Shown: positions 13,560 through 26,110, counted from the first letter of the whole stretch. The stretch is 63,773 bases of DNA, filler included, from Octopus bimaculoides (GCF_001194135.2; 8 parts of 7 records of this genome joined end to end with filler, not necessarily neighbours in it); one strand, 5' to 3'. Program-made: numbers and translations. The notes: generated by a model from the sequence alone, not told the origin.

Positions 13560-13770
13560 CCTTTGTACAATAGGCACAAGGACTGACGTTTTATGGGAGG
13601 AGATCAGTCGATTACATCGACCCCAGTGCGTAACTGGTATTTAATTTATCGACCCCCGAGAGGATGAAAGGCAAAGTCAAGCCCAGCGGCATTTGAACTC
13701 AGAACGTAATGACGGACGAAATACTGCTAAGCATTTCGCCCGGCGTTCTAACGATTCTGCCAGCTCGCCA
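13560..13770 (-). mobile_element. SINE family A (tRNA-derived; central block recalls the Meta domain, unverified)
   Basis: Reverse complement starts ggcgagctggcagaatcgttag, with B-box gttctgagttcaaatgcc and ctttgcctttcatcctctcgggggtcgataaattaaatacc. Confidence 0.85.
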
Positions 13771-13886
13771 ACTTATCATTGGCTCAAATAATGGAGACGA
13801 TATTTCAGCATCCTGCAGTCCAATGACCAGAGAAGGAAAGAGAACATGCATATACATACATACATACATGGGGATTTATATATATC

Positions 13887-13917
<31 letters not shown>

Positions 13918-14779
13918 TTATATCTCTCTCTCNNNNNNNNNNNNNNNNNNNNNNNNNNNNNNNNNNNNNNNNNNNNNNNNNNNNNNNNNNNNNNNNNNNN
14001 NNNNNNNNNNNNNNNNNNNNNNNNNNNNNNNNNNNNNNNNNNNNNNNNNNNNNNNNNNNNNNNNNNNNNNNNNNNNNNNNNNNNNNNNNNNNNNNNNNNN
14101 NNNNNNNNNNNNNNNNNNNNNNNNNNNNNNNNNNNNNNNNNNNNNNNNNNNNNNNNNNNNNNNNNNNNNNNNNNNNNNNNNNNNNNNNNNNNNNNNNNNN
14201 NNNNNNNNNNNNNNNNNNNNNNNNNNNNNNNNNNNNNNNNNNNNNNNNNNNNNNNNNNNNNNNNNNNNNNNNNNNNNNNNNNNNNNNNNNNNNNNNNNNN
14301 NNNNNNNNNNNNNNNNNNNNNNNNNNNNNNNNNNNNNNNNNNNNNNNNNNNNNNNNNNNNNNNNNNNNNNNNNNNNNNNNNNNNNNNNNNNNNNNNNNNN
14401 NNNNNNNNNNNNNNNNNNNNNNNNNNNNNNNNNNNNNNNNNNNNNNNNNNNNNNNNNNNNNNNNNNNNNNNNNNNNNNNNNNNNNNNNNNNNNNNNNNNN
14501 NNNNNNNNNNNNNNNNNNNNNNNNNNNNNNNNNNNNNNNNNNNNNNNNNNNNNNNNNNNNNNNNNNNNNNNNNNNNNNNNNNNNNNNNNNNNNNNNNNNN
14601 NNNNNNNNNNNNNNNNNNNNNNNNNNNNNNNNNNNNNNNNNNNNNNNNNNNNNNNNNNNNNNNNNNNNNNNNNNNNNNNNNNNNNNNNGTATCAGATAAG
14701 CACTGGCATCGAAGTAATCGAACAGCCTTCCCTCCAAATTTGTATCCATAGTAGAAGCAATTATTATTATTATTATTAA

Positions 14780-15125
14780 AGGCAGCGAGGTGACAAAATA
14801 TTTTGCGCGCCGGATAAATTGCTGGGCAGCATTTCTTCTGACTTTATGTTTTGAATTCAAATGCCGCCGAGATCGATTTTGCTTTTCTTTTCGGGAACAA
14901 TAAAATAAGTACCAGTTGAGCACTGGGGTAGATGTAATCGACTTATCCTCTCCCTCGTAATTGGTGGTCTTGAGCCTAAAATTGAAACTATTTTCATTAT
15001 TATGAAAGGCGGAGTTCTGACAGAATTTTTTGCGCGCCGGATAAAATGCTGAGCAGCATTTCTTCCGACTTTCTGAATTTAAATACTGCCGTAGTCAACT
15101 TTGCCTTTCCTTTCAGGATTGATAA
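14780..15125 (+). mobile_element. Two tandem family A SINE copies
   Basis: Both begin aaaggc(a/g)g and share ttttgcgcgccggataaa and the gattttgctttt/actttgcctttc blocks. Confidence 0.7.
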
Positions 15126-15917
15126 AATAAATACCTACAGCAGAAAGAATTATTTCACACCCATCAGAACGCGAAGCGCTCCTCACGAACGCAGGTTCGT
15201 GAGATGGTTGTGCTCTGTCAACAATTTTGAGTAGGAACCTGAAAGAGAAGTATGAACACGCAATGCGCATGTGCACACTGAATTCGTAAAACAGAAGAGA
15301 AGAATAAAACAAGTTATATGATGATCTGCATGCCACATCTGACACCACTATCACGCAGCTTTGCTGCAATTTTTTTGTTTTGCTTTTACTTTAAATGGTA
15401 AGAAATGCATCCAAGTCTCAAGACGCGTCAAAGAACATGATTTTGCTTCTAAAGATGCTAACAAATGCGGTGCTAACAGATGCTAACAGGTGAGGTGCCA
15501 TGCAACTGGAAAAAAAACTGATGCCTGTGTTAAAACAAAAAACATTTCTTTATAAAACTTGTCATAAAACTGAATGAATAAAAATGCATTTATATGGAGA
15601 GGAAATCACATAAAATATGTGAGGCACCTATTGGAACGATCTTTTGCAGTTGACATATTTTGGGTAGCCAGAAATTGTCCACATATTTCTTTGCTCCTCT
15701 TAATACAATTTCATGTGCCCCAATCACAACAGGTAATTTTGTTGCTTTAAGATGCTACAATCTTCTAATTTCTGTCGTCTTCAGGTTCATCCTTATATTT
15801 GTTCAATTTCTCAAATGTTTTAAGAGATGTGTTTTTTGTCAGCTGCGGCTGCAACAGCCATCAAAAGCCAAGTCTTTTCAACAGGATTTTTCACAATATC
15901 TGGTCGGTTACTCTGAA

Positions 15918-15933
15918 TTATTACCACTACTAC

Positions 15934-15987
<54 letters not shown>

Positions 15988-15989
15988 CA

Positions 15990-16044
<55 letters not shown>

Positions 16045-16110
16045 CATTATCATCATTGTTGTTGTTGTTGTTGTTATTATTATTATTATTATTGTTGTTG
16101 TTATTATTAT
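15918..16110. repeat. (TTA)n/(TTG)n microsatellite
   Basis: Directly visible; explains the poly-L, poly-Y and poly-I ORFs. Confidence 0.95.
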
Positions 16111-16325
16111 GAGGCTGTGGATGACAGAATCTGTTGAGTCAAGATAAAATGCTTTGATGTATTTAGTTACGTCCTTTCAGCGTTATGACTTCATATCCAA
16201 GAAAAGTGGACTTTGCTTTTCTTGCTTCCGGGATCGATAAAATATCGCATTAATCAAATGGAAAGGTCGATATAATCGACTGGACTTCTTTCGCAAGTAT
16301 TTCTGTCTTTGTCACGTTGTAGAAA

Positions 16326-16357
<32 letters not shown>

Positions 16358-16489
16358 CTCTCTCTCTCTCTCTCTCTTTCTATCTATCGCTCTTTCTCAC
16401 TCTCTCTCTTTCTCCCTCTCTTTACCTCTCACTACCTTTCAATTTCTTTGAATCTTTGTCTTCAATTATGTGTCTGTCGGTCGGTCTGG

Positions 16490-16527
<38 letters not shown>

Positions 16528-16689
16528 ACTTCCCCCTTCTCTCTCTTTCTATCTCTCATTCTCTCACTCACTCTCTCTCTCTCACACACACTCTCTCACC
16601 CTCTCTCTCTCACCCTCTCTCTCTCACTCACACACACACACACTCTCACATACACACACTCTCACACCCTCTCCCCACCTCTCTCTCTT

Positions 16690-16740
<51 letters not shown>

Positions 16741-17374
16741 CTATCTAACTATCCAACTATCCATCTATCTAGCTAGCTCTTTCTCTCTCTCTCTTCTTCT
16801 CACTACATTTCAATCTCTTTGTATCTTTGTCTTCAATTATGTCTGTCTCTCTCTTTCTCTCTCTCTTTCTCCCCCTCTCTCTCTCTGTCTCTTCCCCCCC
16901 CCCCTGTGTCTTTCTATCTCTTCATATCTTTGCCTCCAGTTCTTTCTCTCTATACCACCGTCTGTCTCTGACTCTTTCTCTCTGTCTTCCACTGTCTCTT
17001 TCTATCTTTTTTTTACTTGTCTCCAGTTGTACATTCTCTGTGTCTCTCTCCTCCTCCTCTCTCTCTCTCTCTCTCTCTCTCACTCACTGCCGTTTTCTTT
17101 GTATTTTCGTTATAGATTATGTCTCTCTATACCTTCATCTCCCGCTGTCTCTTCTATCGTTCTGTCTCTCGCTGTTATACCTCTCTCTTTCTCTCTATAT
17201 CTCTCTTCGTAACAGCTTCTCTCTTTCTTTCTCTCTCTCCTTGTGTGTGTGTGTGTGTGTGCTTCTCTGTCTTTAACTGCGTCTCTTTTTTCTGTCTTTC
17301 TTTGACTGACTCTACCGACCTCTTTTTCTGCGTTTCTCTCATTACCTTTCTGTATCTACGTGTCTTCGTCTCTA

Positions 17375-17430
<56 letters not shown>
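16326..17430. repeat. Long CT-rich low-complexity tract with (CT)n, (ATCT)n and (GT)n
   Basis: Directly visible; explains the LS-repeat ORFs. Confidence 0.9.
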
Positions 17431-17432
<2 letters not shown>

Positions 17433-18362
17433 GTCCGTCTTCTCTGATTCTGTTTCTATGAATATCTGACTTTTCGTCCTTAGCTAATGCTCTCTACGTC
17501 AATCATTATTCCTGGTATTGTTGTGGACTACATTGCTCAAATTATCCGACCCTTATTTTCCCGTTTAGGAACTTAAGATCTAACTTGAGGAAGATTTCAC
17601 TGCTATTTCTAACTGATCGAATGACCACATGGAGGATCTCTCATTGGCTCGAAAGATATCGGTCGTATTACGATTGCAACATGAAATAGAACACTAAGAA
17701 TATACCATTCTCTTCTCATTTTCATCTTGTAACAAATTTTATAAGACGACTAACGGTTATAAAATAGTCTTGTTTATTCTGTTGATAAATTTGAAAAATA
17801 TAAAATGAGAGCACCTCAACTTGAACGTTTGCTTAACCATCTGTTTAGGAAGTTCCCTTAGTAACGTGATTCTCGGTTCAATTTAATTTTGCGGTACTTG
17901 GACAAGGAAATTTTACTATAGTCTTAGGTTGATCAAAGCGTTGAGTGAACTTTGCTCGGCCGAAATTATTCGGATATTCTTTTCTACTCTAGGCACAAGG
18001 CCCGAAATTTCTGGGGAGGGGTTCAGTCGATTAGATCGACCCCTGTACGCGGATCTTTCTGATTTAGCAGGTGCCACTTGTTTTCTTAACGAAACATTTT
18101 CAAACTTGGGACACTGGTAGAATGCGTCATATAAAACATCTTTTATTCTTAGTGTTATTGAGAAAATTTTATCTTTTTAAAGTTATTTCGTGTTAAAATT
18201 GTCGTATTTCGGTAATTTCAACCAATCACTGACGTCTATTGAGGTGAAAACAATTACTGCTGTGGAATGTAAACAACACGTTGTGCGGTGTAATGGGATC
18301 TTTTCCCTTGAATAAAATTAGTGCCGTTATTTGTCAACAACAACTATCGGCGGTACTGTTAT

Positions 18363-18711
18363 TTATGACATCGTTCGTGCGTTTGGGGCATAAACCGCCA
18401 CCAGTCTAAAGGCGCCACCTTCGCTGCTATTCACTCTACTATCCAGGTCCAGGAAGATAGCTCGTACTTGGGGATCTAAGGATTTCCGGAGTAGTACTGC
18501 TACGCTACCACCCGCACCCGATATACCACAAAATGAGAATAGCATGTAACCCTCGAAAATGGATGCTAGAGCGTGTTTTTTCGGAGATCCTTGTTTCACT
18601 AATGGCAGTCACATCCAAATTAAATGACCTGAGATCGTTGAGCAGGTCACCTTGCTTCGAAGCTGATCCCAGGTCACGTATATTCACACACCCCATTCTC
18701 AGCATAGCCAT
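18363..18711 (-). mobile_element. L1/Tx1-like LINE ORF2 5' fragment (APE endonuclease), frameshifted
   Basis: MAMLRMGCVNIRDL (xNVRGL motif), LDVTAISETR (DIxxLQET), then in a second frame GGSVAVLLRKSL (GVAIL) and FRLVAVYAPN (NVYAP). Confidence 0.8.
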
Positions 18712-18734
18712 GCGAGCCGGTGAAAGAATATGAG

Positions 18735-19545
18735 GAGGTTACTCACCTTGATTTTCTAGATGCCCAGAAGTTCCGGGCCCCACTATTGGCGAAAATTTTT
18801 TTAATGGCCCTTCCAACACCTTTTATCAACAGATTTTGTTTTAAATCCCCACAATACCTAGGAACTTTTCTATTATAGTTTTGTAAACGTCTGACGACGC
18901 TTTAATTAGCTGGGGATTAAGAAAAAGTTGTCGTTCCTCAAAATGGTTGCGGAATTACATCTAGCTTCATCTTTCGTCCCAAATCTCACCTCAATAGGTC
19001 CAAACTTCTTTCCTCGGGTGATGTAGGTCTTTTGTTCCTACATGCGCCCAAGGCGATCTCAGGAGCATTTTCCACCCGCCGAGACTTGACTCCGATACAG
19101 CGGTGTGTTATCGTGCATCTTGCGACATTTTCTATCACGTCGGATGGAGGGTTTAGAGCTACCCTGCTCCCATTTAATTTTACAATTTTTCTTGCCATTT
19201 TTAATTCTTCATCTATGTGGAGACTTTCTATATTTCCTGCCACTATTGCAGAAGACGCAGAGGCGATATCTGCGTTTTTATGTTACATTTCTTTCGTATT
19301 GTTGCTGTTATTATGGTTGTTGTTGTTGTTGTTGTTATTGTTGCTGTTACTGCTTCTGCTGTTGCTGTTGTCGATACCGAAAGTTTTGACGTTGCTTAGA
19401 AGCGAAACATTTTTCGCCTCGTTGACGTCATTAAGTTTAGGCCACTCGATATTCATATTCTCCATTTTTACACGTTCTCAATTTTTTTTCCGATAAGTAA
19501 CGCGTTTCTTTGTCGAACATTATCATGGCTTCTTTATCAGCCATC
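18735..19545 (-). mobile_element. Possible decayed ORF1 of the same LINE, interrupted by a (TGT)n tract
   Basis: Same strand and directly upstream of the APE start. Broken coding-like frames (ARKIVKLNGSRVALNPPSDVIE; EQKTYITRGKKFGPIEVRFGTKDEAR). No diagnostic motif recognised. Confidence 0.35.
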
Positions 19546-19930
19546 TTTAAATAATTACAGAAAATTGCAAAATATTTGTTTTTGCCGAAAGCAGTTAAAA
19601 TTTTTAAATTATTGAAACTCCCCCTGCAAAACTACTATCTGCACAGTCCAGACAATCTCAGAAATGTAATGGTAATAACAGAAACGAAAAGATGGGGGCC
19701 TTAGANNNNNNNNNNNNNNNNNNNNNNNNNNNNNNNNNNNNNNNNNNNNNNNNNNNNNNNNNNNNNNNNNNNNNNNNNNNNNNNNNNNNNNNNNNNNNNN
19801 NNNNNNNNNNNNNNNNNNNNNNNNNNNNNNNNNNNNNNNNNNNNNNNNNNNNNNNNNNNNNNNNNNNNNNNNNNNNNNNNNNNNNNNNNNNNNNNNNNNN
19901 NNNNNNNNNNNNNNNNNNNNNNNNNNNNNN

Positions 19931-19980
<50 letters not shown>

Positions 19981-20355
19981 TTATTCAGTTTTATTTCATG
20001 ACTTCTTGCCAATAGAGAAGAAGCCGGTTTCTAACCTAGATCCAAGCCTCCTTCATTGGAATTTCAACAACATAAACAGGGTATTTTCGTGTGTATAGAT
20101 TTATATGTGCAGATTTGTGTTTTGTTTTATATATGTATTCTCATGCATGTAGTTGTACATGTATGTATGTATGTATGTATTACGTATGTATGTGCGTATG
20201 TATGTAAGAGCTAGTGACCTCAGCCACTACTTCAGAGCATGATACACTCGTTTGACACGAACCTCGGTATCAGCTGGCTCATGTAACGTTTGTAATGTGA
20301 CAACTCTGGCTTAGATTGTCTGATTAGTTAATATGCAGTGTATTGTATAACCAAA

Positions 20356-20397
<42 letters not shown>

Positions 20398-21572
20398 TGC
20401 TTATCGGTGTAAATCTGTTCCATGCTTCTGTAAAACAGGTTTTGGCAAAGTTGTCAATATTAATCTTTGAGCGTCTATCTATTTGGCTATTTAAGGGGCC
20501 GGTAAACATCTAAAATGATATTTTAGAATTCAGGGTATCGAATTAATAGCGGACCGAATCCTTAAGTGTGCGGTAATTTAAAGCTAAAACTCATTCATTT
20601 CTCGCCAAATATCAATACAAATAACTAGTATTCACCAAACGCGTATTTCACATTAAATATTCAGACTACATCAATGTATTAATATCACTGAGTATTGTTC
20701 TTTATGAATTTCGTTAAGCATTTTCATTAAAAATATTGCATTTAAATCAAGAATTTTTTTTTTTATTTTAATTAACAGTTTTTCATTTTTATTTTTATAA
20801 TTTCACATGATTGGTNNNNNNNNNNNNNNNNNNNNNNNNNNNNNNNNNNNNNNNNNNNNNNNNNNNNNNNNNNNNNNNNNNNNNNNNNNNNNNNNNNNNN
20901 NNNNNNNNNNNNNNNNNNNNNNNNNNNNNNNNNNNNNNNNNNNNNNNNNNNNNNNNNNNNNNNNNNNNNNNNNNNNNNNNNNNNNNNNNNNNNNNNNNNN
21001 NNNNNNNNNNNNNNNNNNNNNNNNNNNNNNNNNNNNNNNNNNNNNNNNNNNNNNNNNNNNNNNNNNNNNNNNNNNNNNNNNNNNNNNNNNNNNNNNNNNN
21101 NNNNNNNNNNNNNNNNNNNNNNNNNNNNNNNNNNNNNNNNNNNNNNNNNNNNNNNNNNNNNNNNNNNNNNNNNNNNNNNNNNNNNNNNNNNNNNNNNNNN
21201 NNNNNNNNNNNNNNNNNNNNNNNNNNNNNNNNNNNNNNNNNNNNNNNNNNNNNNNNNNNNNNNNNNNNNNNNNNNNNNNNNNNNNNNNNNNNNNNNNNNN
21301 NNNNNNNNNNNNNNNNNNNNNNNNNNNNNNNNNNNNNNNNNNNNNNNNNNNNNNNNNNNNNNAAATATCATGTAGCTGACTGGATTTTAAGAAAATTTTT
21401 TTTTGTTTTTTTGGTTTTTCTTTTTGCAAAATACTTAATTTAACATTACTAAATGGATGGCCTTCTGTGCGGGTTAAAGATCTGTTTCTTTTACAATGAG
21501 GCTTTGCGTAGGAGTCAGCGCGAAGGCTCCAAGGCTATATCAGTGGTAAAAATTTTAAAAAGCGGTATATAT

Positions 21573-21735
21573 AGGCGCAGATGTGGCGGTGTGGTAAGAA
21601 GCTTACTTCCCAACTACATAGTTCTGGGTTCAGCCCCGCTGCGTGCCACCTTGGGCAAGTGTTTTCTAGTACAGCTTCGGGCCAACCAAAGACTTGTAAT
21701 TGGATTTGGTGGGCGGAAACTGAAAAGAGCCTGTA
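21573..21735 (+). mobile_element. SINE family B 5' half
   Basis: aggcgcagatgtggcggtgtggtaagaagc...ctgggttcagcccc...caccttgggcaagtgttttctagtacagc (CORE-like block). Confidence 0.8.
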
Positions 21736-21742
21736 GTACGTA

Positions 21743-21966
21743 TATTATTTCTTTATTGCCCACAAGGGGCTAAAAATAGAGGAGACAGACAAAGGGACTA
21801 AGTCGATTACATCGACCCCAGTGCGTAACTGGTACTTAATTTATCGACCCCAAAAGGATGAAAGGTAAAGTCGACCTCGGCGAAATTTGAACTCAGTACG
21901 TAACGGCAGACGAAATACTGCTAAGCATTTCACCCGGCGGGGTAACGTTTCTGCCAGCTCGCCGCC
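21743..21966 (-). mobile_element. SINE family A, full length, adjoining the family B half
   Basis: Reverse complement runs from ggcggcgagctggcagaaacgtta to the tail ttagccccttgtgggcaataaagaaat. Confidence 0.9.
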
Positions 21967-22189
21967 TTCGGGCCATCTAAAGACCACCGGGAAGAGGTCA
22001 ATGCTAGTGTGTGCAGTTCATGCTCCAAAAGCAAAGACATGGTGCACACCGATCCAAGTCGCGAAAACACGATAAGACATTACCTACATGAAGGCACCAT
22101 TATATCACATTACTGACTATACTACCACCACACCAATGGCCATGTAAAATAACGGAAATTTTTCTGTCACGCCCTTTATTTACAGTATT

Positions 22190-22380
22190 ATCTTAACGCG
22201 TTTCAAACATTGGACAGTGGCCATGCTGAGACACCACTTTAGGGTTTAGTCGAACAAATAGACCCTAGTACTCTTATTTTAAGCTAGTTACATATTTTAT
22301 CGATCTATTTTGCCGAACCGTTATTTTACAGGGACATAGACAAACCAACCATGGCTGTCAAGCAGTGGTGGGGGACACAC
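22190..22380 (-). mobile_element. SINE family B 3' half
   Basis: ggccatgctgagacaccac...gtcgaacaaatagaccc...ttttgccgaaccg. Confidence 0.7.
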
Positions 22381-22477
22381 GTAAACACACAACACACACA
22401 CACACACACATACACATGCACACATACACACATACACACGCACGCACACATATATATATATATATATATTTCTTTAT

Positions 22478-22610
22478 TGCCTACAGAAGGCTAAACACAG
22501 AGGGGACAAACAAAGGGATAAAGTCGATTACATCGACCCCAGTGCGTAACTGGTACTTATTTCATCGACCCTGAAAGGATGAAAGGCAAAGTCGACCTCG
22601 GCGGAATTTG
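22478..22610 (-). mobile_element. SINE family A 3' part inserted in (TA)n, runs into gap
   Basis: tttctttattgcctacagaaggctaaac...ggatgaaaggcaaagtcgacctcggcggaatttg. Confidence 0.85.
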
Positions 22611-23199
22611 NNNNNNNNNNNNNNNNNNNNNNNNNNNNNNNNNNNNNNNNNNNNNNNNNNNNNNNNNNNNNNNNNNNNNNNNNNNNNNNNNNNNNNNNNN
22701 NNNNNNNNNNNNNNNNNNNNNNNNNNNNNNNNNNNNNNNNNNNNNNNNNNNNNNNNNNNNNNNNNNNNNNNNNNNNNNNNNNNNNNNNNNNNNNNNNNNN
22801 NNNNNNNNNNNNNNNNNNNNNNNNNNNNNNNNNNNNNNNNNNNNNNNNNNNNNNNNNNNNNNNNNNNNNNNNNNNNNNNNNNNNNNNNNNNNNNNNNNNN
22901 NNNNNNNNNNNNNNNNNNNNNNNNNNNNNNNNNNNNNNNNNNNNNNNNNNNNNNNNNNNNNNNNNNNNNNNNNNNNNNNNNNNNNNNNNNNNNNNNNNNN
23001 NNNNNNNNNNNNNNNNNNNNNNNNNNNNNNNNNNNNNNNNNNNNNNNNNNNNNNNNNNNNNNNNNNNNNNNNNNNNNNNNNNNNNNNNNNNNNNNNNNNN
23101 NNNNNNNNNNNNNNNNNNNNNNNNNNNNNNNNNNNNNNNNNNNNNNNNNNNNNNNNNNNNNNNNNNNNNNNNNNNNNNNNNNNNNNNNNNNNNNNNNNN

Positions 23200-23600
23200 A
23201 GTATGGCTGTGTGGTAAGTAGCTTGCTTACGAACCACATGGTTCCGGGTTCAGTCCCACTGCGTGGTATCTTGGTGGGCAAGTGTCTTCTACTATAGCCT
23301 TGGGCCGACCAAAGCCTTGTGAGTGGATTTGGTAGACGGAAACTGAAAGAAGCCTATCGTATATATGTATATATATATGTATGTATGTGTATATGTTTGT
23401 GTCTGTGTTTGTCCCCCCAACATCGCTTGACAACCGATGGTGGTTTGTTTACGTCCCCGTAACTTAGCGGTTCGGCAAAAGAGACCGATAGAATAAGTAC
23501 TAGGCATCAAAAGAATAAGTCCTGGGGTCGATTTGCTCGACTAAAGGTGGTGCTCCAGCATGGCTACAGTCAAATGACTGAAACAAGTAAATAAATGAAT
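23200..23600 (+). mobile_element. SINE family B, near full length
   Basis: tggctgtgtggtaag A-box-like, gggttcagtccc B-box-like, cttggtgggcaagtgtcttctactatagcc CORE-like block, internal microsatellite, tail ggtggtgctccagcatggctacagtcaaatgactgaaacaagtaaataaa. Confidence 0.9.
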
Positions 23601-23609
23601 ATGAAAATT

Positions 23610-24100
23610 GGTTCAAACATGACTGTGTGGTTAAGAATCTCGCTTTGCAACCACGTGGTTTCGGATCCAGTTCCATTGAGCAGTACCTTAGGCAAGTCCC
23701 TTCCATCAGAGCCCCACGTCGACCAATATCTTGTGAGTGAATTTGACTGACTGGAACTGTGTGGAAGCCCGTCGTATGTCTGTCTGTATATATATGTGTG
23801 TATGTGTCTGTGTGTCTGTGTTTGTCCTTCGCTTGACAACCAGCGTTGGTTTGTTTATATCCTGTAACTTAGTAGTTCAACAAGAGAAACCGACAAAGTA
23901 AATACTAAGCATCAACAAAAAAGTACTGGGTCGATTTCTTCGATTAAAGTCAATGCCCCAGTTTGGCCGCAGTCCATTCACTGAAACAAAAGATACAAGG
24001 TTAAAAAAATAATCAAAACAAACTAGGTTGATTTGTTCTACTAAAACCGCTCAAGATGATACTCAAGCATGGCCGCCGTCCAATGACTGACACAAGTTAA
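23610..24100 (+). mobile_element. Further degenerate family B copies in tandem
   Basis: Repeats the head, gtaacttag block and tail motifs of the 23200 copy. Confidence 0.7.
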
Positions 24101-24939
24101 AGATATGACAAATGTAGATCAACCTCGACACACTTCTAATACATGGGTGTATTGTGCACTTTTAGCTTTTTGTACTATAACAGCCTGGACAATTATGTGT
24201 GTGTTTGTGTGTGACGTATGTATGATATATGTGTTATGTTTCCCTCGGACTGACTCGCAGAGATAACATAACGATTTATACAATTTAATTATTACATTTA
24301 TTGTTCAATTACATACAAAGAACGCACTCACCCAATGTTCGTTATGAATAAACAAAAGTCATGTCCGCCATATATATATCAATGACATTTTACTACGACA
24401 GTCCCACAAGACAACAACAATGAAACAATGAACTCAGACGAACCCCATGACACACGGAACGTCAGACGAATTACATATCTAACAGTCCATATAACAATAT
24501 GTGTGTGTGTGTGTGTGTGTGTGTTTGGCAAGAGTTTTTGTCTGTTAAAACGGATATTGTGTGTATTTAAGAAGAGTCATATTTGCCAATAATGAACCTA
24601 CGCACTCATTATCCCTATTGTTCATTTCTTTGTTANNNNNNNNNNNNNNNNNNNNNNNNNNNNNNNNNNNNNNNNNNNNNNNNNNNNNNNNNNNNNNNNN
24701 NNNNNNNNNNNNNNNNNNNNNNNNNNNNNNNNNNNNNNNNNNNNNNNNNNNNNNNNNNNNNNNNNNNNNNNNNNNNNNNNNNNNNNNNNNNNNNNNNNNN
24801 NNNNNNNNNNNNNNNNNNNNNNNNNNNNNNNNNNNNNNNNNNNNNNNNNNNNNNNNNNNNNNNNNNNNNNNNNNNNNNNNNNNNNNNNNNNNNNNNNNNN
24901 NNNNNNNNNNNNNNNNNNNNNNNNNNNNNNNNNNNNNNN

Positions 24940-24994
<55 letters not shown>

Positions 24995-25250
24995 CATACA
25001 TATATGTGTGTGTGTATTTATACATATATACACACACGCACATACACACACACACAAACATATATATGAGCGAACGTGTGTACATATGATAGTATTTGTA
25101 TCTATGTATGTATTTATGCACATTTATTTATGTATGTATATATGAACGTTTATATGTATGAGTAAGTTTATATACGCTTACATCGCTATATTTTGTACGT
25201 GTGTGTAGATAAGTATATATCATATAAATATGTGTGTGTGTGTGCATAAA

Positions 25251-25485
25251 TATTTATTTCTTTATTGCCCACAAGGGGCTAAACCTAGAGGGGACAGACA
25301 AGGACTGACAAACAGATTAAGTCGATTATATCGACCCCAGTGCGTAACTGGTACTTAATTTATCGACCCCGAAAGGATGAAAGGCAAAGTCGACCTCGCC
25401 GCAGTTTGAACTCAGAACGTAACGGCAGACGAAATACGGCTAGACATTTCGCCCGGCGCGCTAACGATTCTGCCAGGTCGCCGCC
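25251..25485 (-). mobile_element. SINE family A, full length
   Basis: Near-identical by eye to 21743-21966. Confidence 0.9.
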
Positions 25486-25503
25486 CTTGTGTGCATAAAT
25501 ATT

Positions 25504-25789
25504 GAGGGGCACTACTTGTAGCACCAGCATGCTAAAGATAGCAGTCAAAACGACTCAAGACCACAGTTTTACTCACTGACGAGAACAAAGTGATCATTCA
25601 CAAAATTCGAACTCACTGTGATACGGGTATGTCTGATTTTTATTTTCGATTCTTTTCGTCAATGGTACGGGGTCTTAAAATTTTTCTGCCCGTTCCCTCC
25701 ATTTTGCCCTTATGAACAAGTGAAAACTGTGTTTTTGAGTCGTTTTGACTGCTACCTTTAGCATGCTGGTGCTACAAGTAGTACCCTTC
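25504..25789. mobile_element. MITE-like element with ~70-bp terminal inverted repeats
   Basis: gaggggcactacttgtagcaccagcatgctaaagatagcagtcaaaacgactcaa (from 25504) is the reverse complement, with few mismatches, of ttgagtcgttttgactgctacctttagcatgctggtgctacaagtagtacccttc (to 25789). No ORF. Confidence 0.85.
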
Positions 25790-25876
25790 ATTATTTAATT
25801 GATAATTTTGCCTTATGATTCTTTTACCCATGCTAGCCACTGATATTATTGTAAATTGTTAACAGTAATATCCTTA

Positions 25877-26110
25877 TGGAGTGGCTGTGTGGTAAGTAGC
25901 TTGCTTACCAACCACATGGCACCGACTTCAGTTCCACTGCGTGGCACCCTGCTCAAGTGTCTTCTACTATAGCCTCGGGCCAACCAAAGCCTTGTGAGTG
26001 GATTTGGTAGACGGAAACTGAAAGAAGCCCGTCATATATATATATTTATATGTATGTGTGTGTAAATTTGTGCGTGTGTGTCTGTGTTTGTCTGTGTTTT
26101 ATGTATCTGT
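25877..26110 (+). mobile_element. SINE family B 5' half
   Basis: ggagtggctgtgtggtaagtagcttgcttaccaacc...aaagccttgtgagtggatttggtagacggaaactgaaagaagccc. Confidence 0.85.
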
